A stretch of 64,000 bases of DNA, from assembly GCA_965205015.1 (NCBI GenBank), contig OZ242029.1, forward strand, positions 5,152,001 through 5,216,000, given 5' to 3'. A program made the translations under genes and the position numbers. This stretch comes from Candidatus Poribacteria bacterium (GTDB lineage Bacteria > Poribacteria > WGA-4E > WGA-3G). Every line of letters starts with the position of its first letter. The stretch's first letter is position 1. This document shows positions 40,963 through 52,203 of this stretch, one piece after another. The notes below the pieces were generated by a model. The model ran no database searches and was not told where the DNA came from. It saw only the letters and a list, made by a program, of their open reading frames with translations.

Positions 40963-42870
40963 ATGCAGCAACACTCGCCTGCCCTCTCTACGTCTCCACG
41001 CCAGAAGATCCGTTGGCGGATTATCTGGCTTGGGCTCGCGCTGATTCCCTTCAATAATTATTGGGTCTTCGCATCGCTGCGTTGGGATCAGGGGTTCCCG
41101 ACGACGATGTCCCTCTTTTTCAATACCATCTTCGCACTCGCTATCCTGGTTGCTATCAATGCAATTCTTCACCGGTTCGCACCGCGCGCTACGCTCACCC
41201 AAGGCGAATTGCTGACGCTCTACGCCATGCTCTCTATAGCCTCGGCTATCTGTGGACACGACCTGTTTGAGGTAATCATCACGAATATCGCCACGGTCGG
41301 TTGGTTGGCGACGGAGGAGAATGAATGGGCGACGCTTTTCCACCGTTATCTCCCAGATTGGCTCGCCTTGACGGATAAGAACCGTTTGACCGTCTATTTT
41401 ACAGGAGAATCCAGTCTTTATCTGCGTCCCCACCTTGAGATGTGGTGGCGGCCTGTGCTGGCGTGGAGTGGGTTTATCATCGTCCTGCTGTTCACAACGT
41501 TTTGCATCAACGTGATGCTACGCAGACAGTGGATTGAAATAGAACGGCTCAGTTACCCGATCATTGAATTACCGTATCAGATGACAACCGTGCGTTTCTT
41601 CCGCTCAAAACCGTTGTGGATCGGCATCATCCTCGCAGGTGGGATAGATGTCGTTAACGGGCTGCATTTTCTATATCCAAATTTTCCGGGACTCGGGGGT
41701 GAGTTCTATGATTTACGTCCCCTGTTTACGACGAAACCGTGGAACGCGATTGGCTGGACGCCGATCGTTTTCTTTCCCTTCGTTATCGGAATGGCGTATT
41801 TTATTCCACTTGACCTTTCATTTACGTTCTGGTTCTTCTATATCTTCTGGAAGTTTGAGATGATCTTCGGGAGTATCGCTGGTTTGCAACGGATTCCCGG
41901 GTTCCCGTTCATCTTCGATCAGTCGTTCGGGGTTTGCGTCGGTGTCCTGTGTATGGCGTTGTGGAGTGCGAGGGACCATTTGCGAGATGTCCTTAGACAG
42001 GCGTGGTACGGAATCAGAAGAACAGGGGCAAACGAACCGATGTCTTATCGTATCGCTGTGTTAGGGCTTATCTGTGGATTTCTACTGCTCGCCGGTTTTT
42101 GGTGGGTGGCGGGCATGTCGTTCTGGGTAGCAGTCCTCGTCTTTGCTATCCATCTGACGACGGTGACGGTGATTACGCGCGTCCGTGCTGAACTGGGTCC
42201 ACCGATCCACGACTTACGCTCCATGGGACCCGATGTCTTACTCCCCAAAATGTTTGGGATGCGACGGCTCGGCGGACAAAATCTGGCACTCTTTTCGCTG
42301 ATATTCTGCTTTAATCGTGCCTACCGAGGCAATACAATGCCGCATCAGTTAGAAGGGTTTAAATTGGCGGAACGGTCGCGTAGTTCTTCGCGACGAATTG
42401 CCGTTGCGATGCTCCTCGCGATGGTACTAAGTCCCTTCGCAGCGTTTTGGGGCGCGCTCCATCTCGGTTATGAGAGTGGCGCGATTGAAGTCTGGTCGGG
42501 GTCTGTGTTCAACCGCACCCAGAGTTGGTTGACGAACCCGATGCCTGTGGACGTTCCGTCTTTGATCGCCATGGTTTGTGGACTGCTGTTCGCGTTCGGT
42601 CTGACGTTGGTTCGACTCCGCTTTTTCTGGTGGCCCCTGTACCCGATTGGCTACGCCATCTCTGGGACGTGGGCAGTGAACTTTTTTTGGTTTTCAGTTT
42701 TTATCAGTTATTTCATCAAATTGGCGATTCTGCGTTTCGGCGGTGTGCGGACGTTTCGGCGGGTCGCCCCATTCTTTCTGGGACTGATTGTGGGCGAATT
42801 CTTGGTAGGCAGTGTCTGGGGACTGCTGGGCATCTTCCTCGAAAAGCCGATGTATCGATTTATATGGTGA
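40963..42870 (+). CDS. Multi-pass membrane protein, DUF6785/DUF6784-like (paralog of 7772-9661)
   Basis: Shared motifs RRQWIEIERLSYP, RVRAELG, FNRAY, FFLGLIVGE. Confidence 0.75.
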   Translation: MQQHSPALSTSPRQKIRWRIIWLGLALIPFNNYWVFASLRWDQGFPTTMSLFFNTIFALAILVAINAILHRFAPRATLTQGELLTLYAMLSIASAICGHDLFEVIITNIATVGWLATEENEWATLFHRYLPDWLALTDKNRLTVYFTGESSLYLRPHLEMWWRPVLAWSGFIIVLLFTTFCINVMLRRQWIEIERLSYPIIELPYQMTTVRFFRSKPLWIGIILAGGIDVVNGLHFLYPNFPGLGGEFYDLRPLFTTKPWNAIGWTPIVFFPFVIGMAYFIPLDLSFTFWFFYIFWKFEMIFGSIAGLQRIPGFPFIFDQSFGVCVGVLCMALWSARDHLRDVLRQAWYGIRRTGANEPMSYRIAVLGLICGFLLLAGFWWVAGMSFWVAVLVFAIHLTTVTVITRVRAELGPPIHDLRSMGPDVLLPKMFGMRRLGGQNLALFSLIFCFNRAYRGNTMPHQLEGFKLAERSRSSSRRIAVAMLLAMVLSPFAAFWGALHLGYESGAIEVWSGSVFNRTQSWLTNPMPVDVPSLIAMVCGLLFAFGLTLVRLRFFWWPLYPIGYAISGTWAVNFFWFSVFISYFIKLAILRFGGVRTFRRVAPFFLGLIVGEFLVGSVWGLLGIFLEKPMYRFIW

Positions 42871-42993
42871 GGGACCGCCTCTACCGTTTTTCGCTTGACA
42901 AAGCGTCGTGGATTCCCATAGAATATAATAAGATTTCTGCCTATTCGGTATACCGTAATATGTTCGCAAATTGAGGGGTTCCGAGACTTAACG

Positions 42994-43899
42994 ATGGGAC
43001 ACATACAACAACTTCGTCGAATTACAATATGGGGTGTCGGTTTAATCGGGGGATCGCTTGGACTCGCACTGAAAAAGAACGGATTTCAAGGGCAACGCGT
43101 CGGGTTGGGACGCAACATCGGCAGGCTTGAAAAGGCACTCCAACACGATGCGGTTGATGTGGTTACGACAGATATGGTGGAAGGCCTGCACGAAAGCGAT
43201 CTTGTCGTTCTATGCCCTCCTGTTGAGTTGGTGCCAGTGTTGGTCCAGCATATTGTTGAAGTTGTTGGTTCGCAACAGTCTATGGTGCTGACGGATGTCG
43301 GTAGTACGAAATCGGTGTTAGTGCAGCGGGTCGAGGCGCAGCTGAGGGAACAGGGGTCGGAGACCCTTTCCTTTGTCGGTGGACATCCAATGGCAGGTTC
43401 ACACGAAACCGGCGTCGACGCGGCGCGGGCAACGCTTTTTGAAAACGCCACGTGTATTGTGACACCCACAGAAAGTACGCAGTCGGATTCCCTACAGTTG
43501 GTCAGAAATCTATGGGAATTTGTCGGTGGTGTCCCGTGTTTCCTCACGCCTGAAACCCACGATCTCCTCATCGGTGCCGCAAGCCACCTCCCACATCTCA
43601 TTGCCAGTTTGCTCACCAATACCGTTGCGAATGTAGAAACGGAACAGCAGAAAGCGTTGGACTTTACAGCGACCGGCTTTCGGGATTCCACGCGTATTGC
43701 AGCGGGTTCGCCCGACTTGTGGACCGGCATTTTCTCCCAAAACAGAGATGTCCTTTTATCCCTCATAGATGACATCGTTAACAACTTAACTGAATTCAAA
43801 ACCTTGCTTCAGACGGATGACCTTGCTGAGATGGAACGTGTACTTCTGGAGGCGCAAGGTATCGTCGAGAAGCGTAGGAAAGCCTTAGGAGGCGTATGA
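42994..43899 (+). CDS. tyrA: Prephenate dehydrogenase
   Basis: GVGLIGGS, TDVGSTK, GGHPMAGS, HD...SHLPH, GFRDSTRIA. Confidence 0.93.
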   Translation: MGHIQQLRRITIWGVGLIGGSLGLALKKNGFQGQRVGLGRNIGRLEKALQHDAVDVVTTDMVEGLHESDLVVLCPPVELVPVLVQHIVEVVGSQQSMVLTDVGSTKSVLVQRVEAQLREQGSETLSFVGGHPMAGSHETGVDAARATLFENATCIVTPTESTQSDSLQLVRNLWEFVGGVPCFLTPETHDLLIGAASHLPHLIASLLTNTVANVETEQQKALDFTATGFRDSTRIAAGSPDLWTGIFSQNRDVLLSLIDDIVNNLTEFKTLLQTDDLAEMERVLLEAQGIVEKRRKALGGV

Positions 43900-44570
43900 A
43901 AAAAACGGAATCTCAGGTGACGATTGCGATAGATGGACCCGCCGGGTCTGGGAAAAGCACAGTGGCTCGGCGTGTCGCGGAAAAACTCAGACTGCTGTAT
44001 CTCGATTCCGGGGCGATGTACCGAGCGGTGACCCTGTTGGCATTACAGGAAGGACTTGCAGCGGATAGCCCGAAATTGATTGACCGTGTGAAAGCGTGTC
44101 ATATTGAATTCACGGATAACGGTAGAACCATTCTGCTGAATACGGAGGATGTTTCTGTCCAGATCCGAACGCCAGCCGTCAACAGAGTGGTCGCAGATGT
44201 CGCGAAGATCCCAGAGATTCGCCGTGAAATTGTGAAACACCAACAGCGGATCGGTGCTGAAGGGAGCATCATCGCTGAGGGTAGGGATTTAACGACGATC
44301 GTTTTCCCGAACGCCGATTTTAAATTCTATCTTGATGCTTCTGTGACGGAGCGGGCAAAACGGAGACTCGCTGAACTCCAAGCGCAAGATGAAGAGGCAA
44401 CATTAGCAGTGGTTGAAGCAGAGATTCGCGAGCGGGATGAAAAAGATACGACGCGGGAACACAGTCCTTTGCGTGCGGCTCATGACGCGATTGTCGTGGA
44501 TACGACTGATAAAACGATTGAAGAAGTGGTTGATTTTATTATTACACGTGTGTGTGCAAACGAACGATGA
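43896..44570 (+). CDS. cmk: Cytidylate kinase
   Basis: IDGPAGSGKST, DSGAMYR, EGRD, RD.KD..R.HSPL. Confidence 0.97.
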   Translation: MKKTESQVTIAIDGPAGSGKSTVARRVAEKLRLLYLDSGAMYRAVTLLALQEGLAADSPKLIDRVKACHIEFTDNGRTILLNTEDVSVQIRTPAVNRVVADVAKIPEIRREIVKHQQRIGAEGSIIAEGRDLTTIVFPNADFKFYLDASVTERAKRRLAELQAQDEEATLAVVEAEIRERDEKDTTREHSPLRAAHDAIVVDTTDKTIEEVVDFIITRVCANER

Positions 44571-44603
44571 GAATAGGAGGGGTTTGTAACCCCGATATTT
44601 TTT

Positions 44604-45275
44604 ATGTGGTATACCAATAATCAGTTCTGGACATCTCGTGCGGTCTATCGGTGGGGGCATCGGCTCACAAACCTTTTCTGTAAAACTTTCGGGCGGCTTG
44701 AAGCACAAGGCGTTCACCATATTCCGAGAGAAGGTGGGGTGCTCCTCGTTTCGAATCACGTCAGTTTTCTGGACCCCGTTATCGTCGGTTCCGCCGCCAA
44801 CCGTGAGGTCCATTATATGGCGCGAAGTAATGCCTTCGACATTCCCGGCTTAGGGAAACTCATCTCCGCCTATAATGCTTATCCGGTGAATAGAGGGGCA
44901 CCGGACTTAGGGGCGTTACGAAACACGATCTCTCTCTTGAAAAATGGCAACGCTGTGCTTATATTTCCCGAAGGCACTCGTAGTGTTGATGGCACGTTAG
45001 GGAAGGCGCGGGACGGTGCCTGCTTTATTGCACACCGGGCAGGCGTGCCGACGATTCCTGTTTTCCATAGTGGTGCGGAACGGATGTTACCGCGCCACAG
45101 TAAACGGCTGCGTCGGTCAAAGTTGACTGTCGTCTTCGGTCCGCCGCTTGAACTCACTGTCGAAAAGTTTGAGACGAAGCGCGAGATGTATCAACAGATG
45201 GGCAATCAGATGATGGAAGCAATCGCTAATTTGCGGGAGAGTCTGTTAGGAAGTCGGATTCGCCAGAATGAGTAA
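44604..45275 (+). CDS. plsC: 1-acyl-sn-glycerol-3-phosphate acyltransferase
   Basis: NHVSFLD, FPEGTRS. Confidence 0.9.
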   Translation: MWYTNNQFWTSRAVYRWGHRLTNLFCKTFGRLEAQGVHHIPREGGVLLVSNHVSFLDPVIVGSAANREVHYMARSNAFDIPGLGKLISAYNAYPVNRGAPDLGALRNTISLLKNGNAVLIFPEGTRSVDGTLGKARDGACFIAHRAGVPTIPVFHSGAERMLPRHSKRLRRSKLTVVFGPPLELTVEKFETKREMYQQMGNQMMEAIANLRESLLGSRIRQNE

Positions 45276-46340
45276 AACATCCCCCTCTTGAACCTGATAG
45301 GTCTTGCCCTCGGCTCGCAATAGACCTTTACTTCGGGCTTGTGGGTAACTGCCGCACGCGACTAAGTCAGCCCAGTTAATTGTTTCAGAACGGATGAACC
45401 CTTTTGCGAAATCGGTATGGACACGTCCCGCTGCATCGACAGCAGTCTGTCCCTTCTGCAGCGTCCAGGCGCGTGTCTCGACGGGACCCGTCGTAAAGAA
45501 CGTTAGCAGTCCTAATAACTGATACGATGTCTGGATGAACCGCTCTAAAGCGGATTCGCGCAGTCCCATTTCCTCCATGAAAATTTCGGTATCCGTTTCA
45601 TCGAGTTGCGACAACTCCATTTCCAGTTGTGCGGCGAGGACAATGACTTCCGTTTGGGGTTCTGTCTTATATTGCGTAAAGCGTTCGAGAATTTCATCAG
45701 CGGCGTCGAGTTGGGTTTCACCGATGTTGCAGACTAACAACAACGGTTTCTGGGTCAAGAACCCATAGCCGCGTATCACTTTCTCTTCATTGGCAGAGAG
45801 GTCGAGCCTCCGGAGCGGTTTGCCGGCTTCAAGCGTTTTCTGACACGCCTCTAAAAGTCTAATTTCACTTTGCTGTTCCGCAAGTTTCTGATTCTGAAAT
45901 TGCTTACGGAGCCGCGTCAGTCTGCCTTCAACGATCTGCAAATCTGCCAATGCGAACTCAAGGGCGACGCTTTCAATATCGCGTGCGCCGTCAACGCTGC
46001 CGTCAACGTGTGGAACCGCGTCGTCTTCAAAGAGTCTGACGACATGTGCAAGGGCATCGACTGTGCGGAGTTCTGCGAGCATTCCAGAATCTAATTCTGC
46101 TTGTTCCATGTCCGATTTTGTTACCCCAGCAACGTCCACGTAGTCGATTGTCGCCGGTGTTGTTTTGTTAGATTCGGATATCTTTGCTATCGGGTCCAAG
46201 CGTTCGTCTGGGACGTTGGCGGTACTCAGGTTTATCTGCCCGCGACTGGTATAGCCCCCAATTTCTGCGTTGGATTGGGCTAAGGTATTGAACACTGTCG
46301 TTTTTCCGACTTGGGGTCTGCCGACAATTCCTATTTTCAT
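45246..46340 (-). CDS. ychF: YchF/Obg-family ATPase
   Basis: GIVGRPQVGKTT, DVAG, TFFTTG..E.RAW, AAGRVHTDF.KGFIR, EGK.Y.V..GD. Confidence 0.92.
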   Translation of the reverse strand: MKIGIVGRPQVGKTTVFNTLAQSNAEIGGYTSRGQINLSTANVPDERLDPIAKISESNKTTPATIDYVDVAGVTKSDMEQAELDSGMLAELRTVDALAHVVRLFEDDAVPHVDGSVDGARDIESVALEFALADLQIVEGRLTRLRKQFQNQKLAEQQSEIRLLEACQKTLEAGKPLRRLDLSANEEKVIRGYGFLTQKPLLLVCNIGETQLDAADEILERFTQYKTEPQTEVIVLAAQLEMELSQLDETDTEIFMEEMGLRESALERFIQTSYQLLGLLTFFTTGPVETRAWTLQKGQTAVDAAGRVHTDFAKGFIRSETINWADLVACGSYPQARSKGLLRAEGKTYQVQEGDVLLILANPTS

Positions 46341-46358
46341 TTTTTTTCTAAAAATCTA

Positions 46359-46387
46359 TTGACAACATCCGTCTAAAGTATTAAGAT
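46359..46387 (+). promoter_or_regulatory. sigma70-type promoter TTGACA-17-TAAGAT
   Basis: Read directly; lies immediately upstream of element copy D. Confidence 0.6.
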
Positions 46388-46399
46388 AAGGGGTGAATG

Positions 46400-46518
46400 G
46401 TAGCCTTCAACAACGGCACAGGGTTTTTGCTTGGGTATTTCTGCGAATTTCTTCAGATTTAAGGGACGCATTTGATAGTTCTAACGGACGTTGTTTAACC
46501 ACAAGGAATAACTAAAAA
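46400..46518 (+). repeat. Start-codon-abutting dispersed element, copy D (diverged; internal cassette inverted relative to copy C)
   Basis: GTAGCCTTCAACAACGG...GTTTTTGCTTGGGTATTTCTGCG...42 nt...CCACAAGGAATAACTAAAAA-ATG. Confidence 0.72.
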
Positions 46519-46908
46519 ATGGCAGCAGAAAAAGGAACATGGAGACGGCACATCGTCAAAGGTTTAACAGTGCTCTTAATCCTCACGATATGTCTTGCCG
46601 TTTTGCAATGGTTTATCATCAAAGAATTATTTGGTTTCGGTGCCGATATGGTGAAGGATGCCCTGGTGCGGCAAGCCCCTGAAGGGGTGGATCGATATAA
46701 CATTGAGGCGACATTTGATCGGGTCAAAACAGCGGGTATGCAGCTGCCGTTCAGTTTCCTTACGGGAAAAATCAGTCTTCGCAAAATCAGAGCCGTTGGT
46801 AGATATGCGATAGAAGCGAATGCTGATGAATCTTGGGACGCCGAGGAGGTTAATACACTCCTGCGAATGATGAACGCCTCTGTCGGGGTTAAAGGAGGAA
46901 CCGAGTAA
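46519..46908 (+). CDS. Hypothetical protein with N-terminal TM helix
   Basis: 129-aa ORF with promoter and RBS. Confidence 0.75.
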   Translation: MAAEKGTWRRHIVKGLTVLLILTICLAVLQWFIIKELFGFGADMVKDALVRQAPEGVDRYNIEATFDRVKTAGMQLPFSFLTGKISLRKIRAVGRYAIEANADESWDAEEVNTLLRMMNASVGVKGGTE

Positions 46909-46942
46909 CTGACAGTATCGGTTTGCAAGCGACGCTTAAACA

Positions 46943-47701
46943 ATGCGAACACAACTAACTCCCCCTTATGAGAAGTTCGCCTATGCCTATGATAGGATGA
47001 TGACGAACGTCAACTATACGCGTTGGACCCATTATATTGAGTCGCTTTTCGACAAATATGATGCCAAACCGCGCACGGTTCTTGATGTAGCCTGTGGTAC
47101 CTGTGCCTTGACGATAGAACTCGCATTGAGAGACTATGAGATGACTGGCGTGGACCGGGCAGTGGGTATGCTGGACATCGCGAAGGAAAAAGCCGCGGCG
47201 CACGATGTAAATATCGAACTCCATTCCGGTGACATGCGCGAATTTCAACTGAACCAACGGTTTGACGCCGTCCTCTGCACTTACGATAGCATTAACTATG
47301 CTTACGATGAAACCGAATTAAGCAACGTCTTTCAGTGTGTCGCCGAGCATCTCGAACCGGATGGCTTATTTATCTTTGATGTGACGACGGAACGGAACAT
47401 CGTTGAGCATTTTCACAACAGAACGTTCGCGTCAAACCATGAGGATTATACCTACATCTGGAAAAACAACTACCTCCATCACTCCAAGATGTGCCGCACC
47501 GTCCTAACCTTTTTTATTCGAGAGGGCGACCTGTTTCGCCGTTATGAAGAGATTCACCAACAGCGAATCTTTGAAGTTAGCACCGTCAATGACTTGCTCA
47601 AAGCCGCCGGTTACAAGCCGCTGAGTGCTTACGACATGTACACCTTCAATCGTTGGAACCGCTATTCAGATCGGATTAATTTTACAGCGCGTTTACTCTG
47701 A
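46943..47701 (+). CDS. Class I SAM-dependent methyltransferase
   Basis: FAYAYD, VLDVACGT, GVD, GDMR, DSINY. Confidence 0.92.
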   Translation: MRTQLTPPYEKFAYAYDRMMTNVNYTRWTHYIESLFDKYDAKPRTVLDVACGTCALTIELALRDYEMTGVDRAVGMLDIAKEKAAAHDVNIELHSGDMREFQLNQRFDAVLCTYDSINYAYDETELSNVFQCVAEHLEPDGLFIFDVTTERNIVEHFHNRTFASNHEDYTYIWKNNYLHHSKMCRTVLTFFIREGDLFRRYEEIHQQRIFEVSTVNDLLKAAGYKPLSAYDMYTFNRWNRYSDRINFTARLL

Positions 47702-47742
47702 AGGTTCGCCGGGCTTGCCGTTGAAAAAAACGATCCCACGTA

Positions 47743-48795
47743 TTACAATCCCTCTACAACAAGATCGCCAACCTCTTCAGTCGTGTAGCCCATTCGTCCG
47801 GCACCGAGGTCTTTAATTTTCCCACTTGCCAACAGGTCACTGATAGATTTCTCCACTTTTGTTGCCGCTTCTGCGTGTCCGAGATGGTCGAGCATCATTC
47901 CGGCAGCCCCTATCGCTGCGATCGGATTAATCTGATTTTTGCCGGTGTAACGCGGCGCGGAGCCGTGAATCGGTTCAAACATGGCGACGCTTTCTGGGTT
48001 CAGGTTGCCAGACGCTGCCACCCCCATGCCCCCTTGAATCATCGCACCAAGATCGGTGATAATGTCTCCAAACATGTTGCATGTCACAATGACATCGAAC
48101 CACTCTGGGTTTTTCACCATCCACATTGTTGTCGCATCGACAAAGGCATATTCCTTCTTGATGTCGGGATAATCTTCGCCTACCTCGTCAAAGACCCGCC
48201 GCCACAAATCGTGTGCGTAAGTGAGGACGTTGGCTTTGTCGCAGAGCGTCAGCGTATTTTCCCTGTTGCGCTTTTTGGTGAGTTCGTAGGCATAGCGCAC
48301 GCAGCGTTCTACACCTTTGTAGGTGTTAATCATTTCCTGAATTGCCACTTCATCGCGTGTGCCGCGTTTCAGGAAACCTCCGATACCGGCGTATAAACCT
48401 TCGGTGTTCTCGCGAACAATGATGAAGTCGATTTCTTCCGGTCCCTTGTCTTTCACGGGGGTTGGGACACCGGGATAGAGTTTGACGGGACGGAGGTTGA
48501 TGTAGAGATCGAGTTCAAACCGGACCTTGAGCAGGATGCCTTTCTCTAAAATACCGGGTTTGACATCGGGATGCCCGATGGCACCAAGGTAGATAGCGTC
48601 TAATCCCCGGAGCTCCTCTAAAACTGAATCCGGTAAGACTTCTCCCGTTGCCAGGTACCGGTCGCCGCCGACATCGTATTCGACTGTCTCGTATTGAATT
48701 CCTGCTTGTTTCGCTGCTGCCCCGAAGACCTTCATCGCTTCGCGCGTTACTTCGGGGCCGATTCCATCGCCAGGGATAAGCCCGATTTTGTACAT
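47743..48795 (-). CDS. leuB: 3-isopropylmalate dehydrogenase
   Basis: [45 protein letters not shown]. Confidence 0.9.
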   Translation of the reverse strand: MYKIGLIPGDGIGPEVTREAMKVFGAAAKQAGIQYETVEYDVGGDRYLATGEVLPDSVLEELRGLDAIYLGAIGHPDVKPGILEKGILLKVRFELDLYINLRPVKLYPGVPTPVKDKGPEEIDFIIVRENTEGLYAGIGGFLKRGTRDEVAIQEMINTYKGVERCVRYAYELTKKRNRENTLTLCDKANVLTYAHDLWRRVFDEVGEDYPDIKKEYAFVDATTMWMVKNPEWFDVIVTCNMFGDIITDLGAMIQGGMGVAASGNLNPESVAMFEPIHGSAPRYTGKNQINPIAAIGAAGMMLDHLGHAEAATKVEKSISDLLASGKIKDLGAGRMGYTTEEVGDLVVEGL

Positions 48796-48904
48796 AGATA
48801 TTCTCCAAGATGTTATAGTTTGCAAGTCAAGACTTGCTTTAGAAAAGTAGACTCCTTATATTTTACTACATTCGGGACGATATTGCAAATTGGGTAGGAC
48901 GTAC

Positions 48905-50050
48905 TCATCTCGCTTTCAAAATAGTGTATTGCTGCGGTTGACCCTCAACAATTTTCAACACACGGATACCGGCAGCAGGTTTGATAGGATGACGGTTCTT
49001 ATCAAAGCTGGAAATAGTTGTCGCCCCTTGGTAGTCAGTGATAGCGGCAACTGCATCCCGAATCATAACAGGGTCTGTGGATTGCGCGTTTTCAATCGCT
49101 ATTACCAATAACTTCATGGCATCGTAACCTAATGGCGCAATACCGATAGGCTGAGCTTTAAACATTGTTTCATAAGCACCCGTAAAATCTGCAGCAAGTT
49201 CATCCGAGATACTACAATAGTAGGAATTTTCGAGAGGGGTGTTATCCTCTAAAATGTCTAACATTAACGGATCATCCCAACCATCGCTGCCGATAAAGAT
49301 GGACTTAAGGCGCATCTCCCGCGCTTGTTTCACGATGCGCGGGTTCTCTGGCGGAAAACTCGCGAGCAGCAGAACATCAGGGCTTGACTCTTTGATGATC
49401 GCCAGTTGTGCATGAAACGTTGTATCGCCTTGTTCATACGTTTGACTGGCAACAATGCGACCGCCAAGTTCTTGGAAATTCGCATCAAATGCGTTAACGA
49501 AACCTTTAGAGTAAACATCCCCGTTCTGCCAAAGCATCGCTGCAGTTTTCTTGCCGAGGTCGTTCACTACAAAACCTGCCATGACTTTCGCTTGCAAGGC
49601 GTTTGAATTCGCCACGAGAAAGAGAAAATCTCTGGGATCATTCCCAGTATTCGTCACGTCGGCACCAGTTGCCCCGACAATGACGGGGATATTGATGATC
49701 GGTCCAACTTTAACGGCACTACTTGAAAACATCGGACCTAATATAGCGACAACGTTTTCCATTTTAGCTAATTCTATTGCAGAATCAGCAATGGATTCCG
49801 CTTCCACTTTATAGATAAGCTCTACCTGCCTCCCAAGAACACCGCCTGCCTTGTTGATTTCGGCTAAGGCGAGTCTTGCCCCGTCGCCAAAAGTGGCGTA
49901 ATTTAGCAACGGATGAATCAAACCCACTTTAAGGGTAGGCGTTGACTCTCCAATTATTTCGACATCTTCCGTTCTCTCCCCCGCAGACAGGTAAGCGACT
50001 GAGAGTCCGATTAATACGCATACTGTTAACCTAAAAATTTTCGGATTCAT
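48905..50050 (-). CDS. ABC transporter substrate-binding protein (branched-chain amino acid/LivJ-like), orphan
   Basis: Signal peptide; EINKAGGVLGR, GSDGWD, GYDA, YQGAT. Confidence 0.9.
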   Translation of the reverse strand: MNPKIFRLTVCVLIGLSVAYLSAGERTEDVEIIGESTPTLKVGLIHPLLNYATFGDGARLALAEINKAGGVLGRQVELIYKVEAESIADSAIELAKMENVVAILGPMFSSSAVKVGPIINIPVIVGATGADVTNTGNDPRDFLFLVANSNALQAKVMAGFVVNDLGKKTAAMLWQNGDVYSKGFVNAFDANFQELGGRIVASQTYEQGDTTFHAQLAIIKESSPDVLLLASFPPENPRIVKQAREMRLKSIFIGSDGWDDPLMLDILEDNTPLENSYYCSISDELAADFTGAYETMFKAQPIGIAPLGYDAMKLLVIAIENAQSTDPVMIRDAVAAITDYQGATTISSFDKNRHPIKPAAGIRVLKIVEGQPQQYTILKAR

Positions 50051-50344
50051 GAACTGCTCCTATGTTTTTAGACCAAGGTACCCAGGGCAGGATAGTCTAA
50101 TATTCTGTTTGAGGGTTTTCGGTTAGATAATGATGGGCTTGCAATCCATCTGAATGCTGCTGTCCTATCATTATTCAATCTTCAAAAGTATAACAAATGT
50201 AAGAAAATAGTCAAGAAAAAACTGGTACTTCAAGTCATGACTGAATGCGGCTGCGATGAGCGGATTTGATGTTTCCGCAAAAAGTAGGGATGTGGTATAA
50301 TAGTTACCTACATTGCAGTGTATTTGAGACACTGGAGGAACACA

Positions 50345-51397
50345 TTGATTAGCGAAGCGCGCCTGAAGACAATTCTCAATCAATTTCGCGACCAACGTAT
50401 CCTTGTCGTTGGTGATTTTTATCTTGACGCCTATTGGTACATAGACAAGACCCGTTCAACGCTCTCCTTGGAAACGCCGTGGCATACCAATCCCGTTGTT
50501 GCGCAACGTTATAGTCCCGGGGCTGCTGGAACGGTTACAAATAACCTGAAGGCGTTAGGCGTAGGCACGGTCTATACATTGGGTGTTATTGGTGAAGACG
50601 GATTCGGGGGGACGCTGCTGGAGTGTTTACAGACGAGCGGATGCCTGACGGATTTTATGATACAGGTGCCGGGACGGGTAACGCCTACCTATCTTAAACC
50701 TATGCATCGTGGCTATGAAGGCGTGGAGACGGAGGGACCGCGGTTCGATATTGAGAACCGATCGGCGATGGATGGAGCGGTTGAAACTGCGGTTATTAAT
50801 GCCCTTCGGAATTGTATACCACTGGTTGATGGTGTAATTGTCGGGGATCAGATGCCGATTGAGAACTTGGGTGTTGTTACTAACCGAGTGAGAGAAGCGT
50901 TATGTGAGTTGGGCGTGGCGTTTCCTGATAAAGTCTTTTTCGCCGACGCTCGCACGCGGATTGGTCAGTATCGAAACGTCATTATTAAACCGAATCGGTT
51001 TGAAGCGAAACGTGCGCTTCAACCAGAGTGGCATGGACGGGAAGTTGACATCGAGGACGCGAGACAATGTGCCGTTGCCCTCGGAGAACAGACCCAAAGA
51101 ACGGTATACGTCACCCTCGGCGAAAACGGTATTCTCGTCTACAATAGCGGTGAGTTTACGCACATCCCCGGTGTCTCCCTTAACGATGAGATTGATCCAG
51201 TTGGCGCGGGGGATAGTGTTTCGGCGGGACTTGTTGCAACGCTCTGTAGTCTACGCGCTTCACAAGTAGAGGCATCTGTTGAGGCGGCTTATGTTGGGAA
51301 TCTGGTGGCTTCAATTACCGTCACTAAAATCGGTACGACGGGTACCGCGTCACCCGCAGAAATCCTACAACGTCATCGGAACTATGAGAATCTATGA
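50345..51397 (+). CDS. PfkB-family kinase, HldE/RfaE kinase-domain-like
   Basis: ILVVGDFYLD, PGAAG.V..NL..LG, IKPNRFEA, DPVGAGD. TTG start after GGAGG. Confidence 0.88.
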   Translation: MISEARLKTILNQFRDQRILVVGDFYLDAYWYIDKTRSTLSLETPWHTNPVVAQRYSPGAAGTVTNNLKALGVGTVYTLGVIGEDGFGGTLLECLQTSGCLTDFMIQVPGRVTPTYLKPMHRGYEGVETEGPRFDIENRSAMDGAVETAVINALRNCIPLVDGVIVGDQMPIENLGVVTNRVREALCELGVAFPDKVFFADARTRIGQYRNVIIKPNRFEAKRALQPEWHGREVDIEDARQCAVALGEQTQRTVYVTLGENGILVYNSGEFTHIPGVSLNDEIDPVGAGDSVSAGLVATLCSLRASQVEASVEAAYVGNLVASITVTKIGTTGTASPAEILQRHRNYENL

Positions 51398-52164
51398 ATA
51401 TTTTCGACGCGATAACACAGCGACGCAGCCATCGTGGGACGTTTCAGAACCGCGCAATTGATGCGGCAGACCTTGAAAAACTTATTGAGGCTGCGCGGTG
51501 GACGCCGTCACCGTTCAATGTTCAACCGTGGGAACTTGTGCTCATCCAGGAAGCAGCGGGCAAGGTTGCCCTCGCCGAGGTAACGGAGCACGCTATCGTT
51601 GAACAATTCAAAGATGCCAAGTTTCTTGATGACAACAGCCGGTGGATGCGTCTTACAGAGGCGGACTTGAAGACGTTCGGTGATGGTGTACTCCTGACGG
51701 ACCACGTGACGCTGCCGAAAGTGCTTCAGGACGCGCCGAATGGGGTATTGGAAGGGATGTTGAAAAACGCGAAGGCGTTCACACTTTTGGGGCATCTGGG
51801 GGCAGGGAAGATACCCGCGAAGGAGATCGCCGCGCAGGTCCGTGAGGCGCCCCTCCTCATGTTGGTTACAATGAATTGCAAGAGATATCCGCCTGGTGAC
51901 GGGGGAACGCGATGGATGTGGTTGAGTATGGGAATGTTAATTCAGAATGTGCTTCTGGCTGCAACTGCTTTAGACATCGGTGTGCAATTTGTCAGTGCGC
52001 CTCTGGAACGCACTGCGGATCGTGAACGGGTTCGTCAACTTTTCAATATTCCGACTTCTCATGAAGTAATTACGCTGCTCAGGATGGGATATATTGAAAA
52101 GAGTCGTGGGAGCTCCGTCCGGTTGCAGCCATCAGCGTTTGTTCACCTTGAAAAGCGAGAGTAG
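51394..52164 (+). CDS. Nitroreductase family protein
   Basis: RRSHR, AARWTPSPFNVQPW, QNVLLAATAL. Confidence 0.9.
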   Translation: MNIFDAITQRRSHRGTFQNRAIDAADLEKLIEAARWTPSPFNVQPWELVLIQEAAGKVALAEVTEHAIVEQFKDAKFLDDNSRWMRLTEADLKTFGDGVLLTDHVTLPKVLQDAPNGVLEGMLKNAKAFTLLGHLGAGKIPAKEIAAQVREAPLLMLVTMNCKRYPPGDGGTRWMWLSMGMLIQNVLLAATALDIGVQFVSAPLERTADRERVRQLFNIPTSHEVITLLRMGYIEKSRGSSVRLQPSAFVHLEKRE

Positions 52165-52203
52165 GCGGGCAACAGCGACCCGCCGCTATTGAAATGTGGT
52201 ATA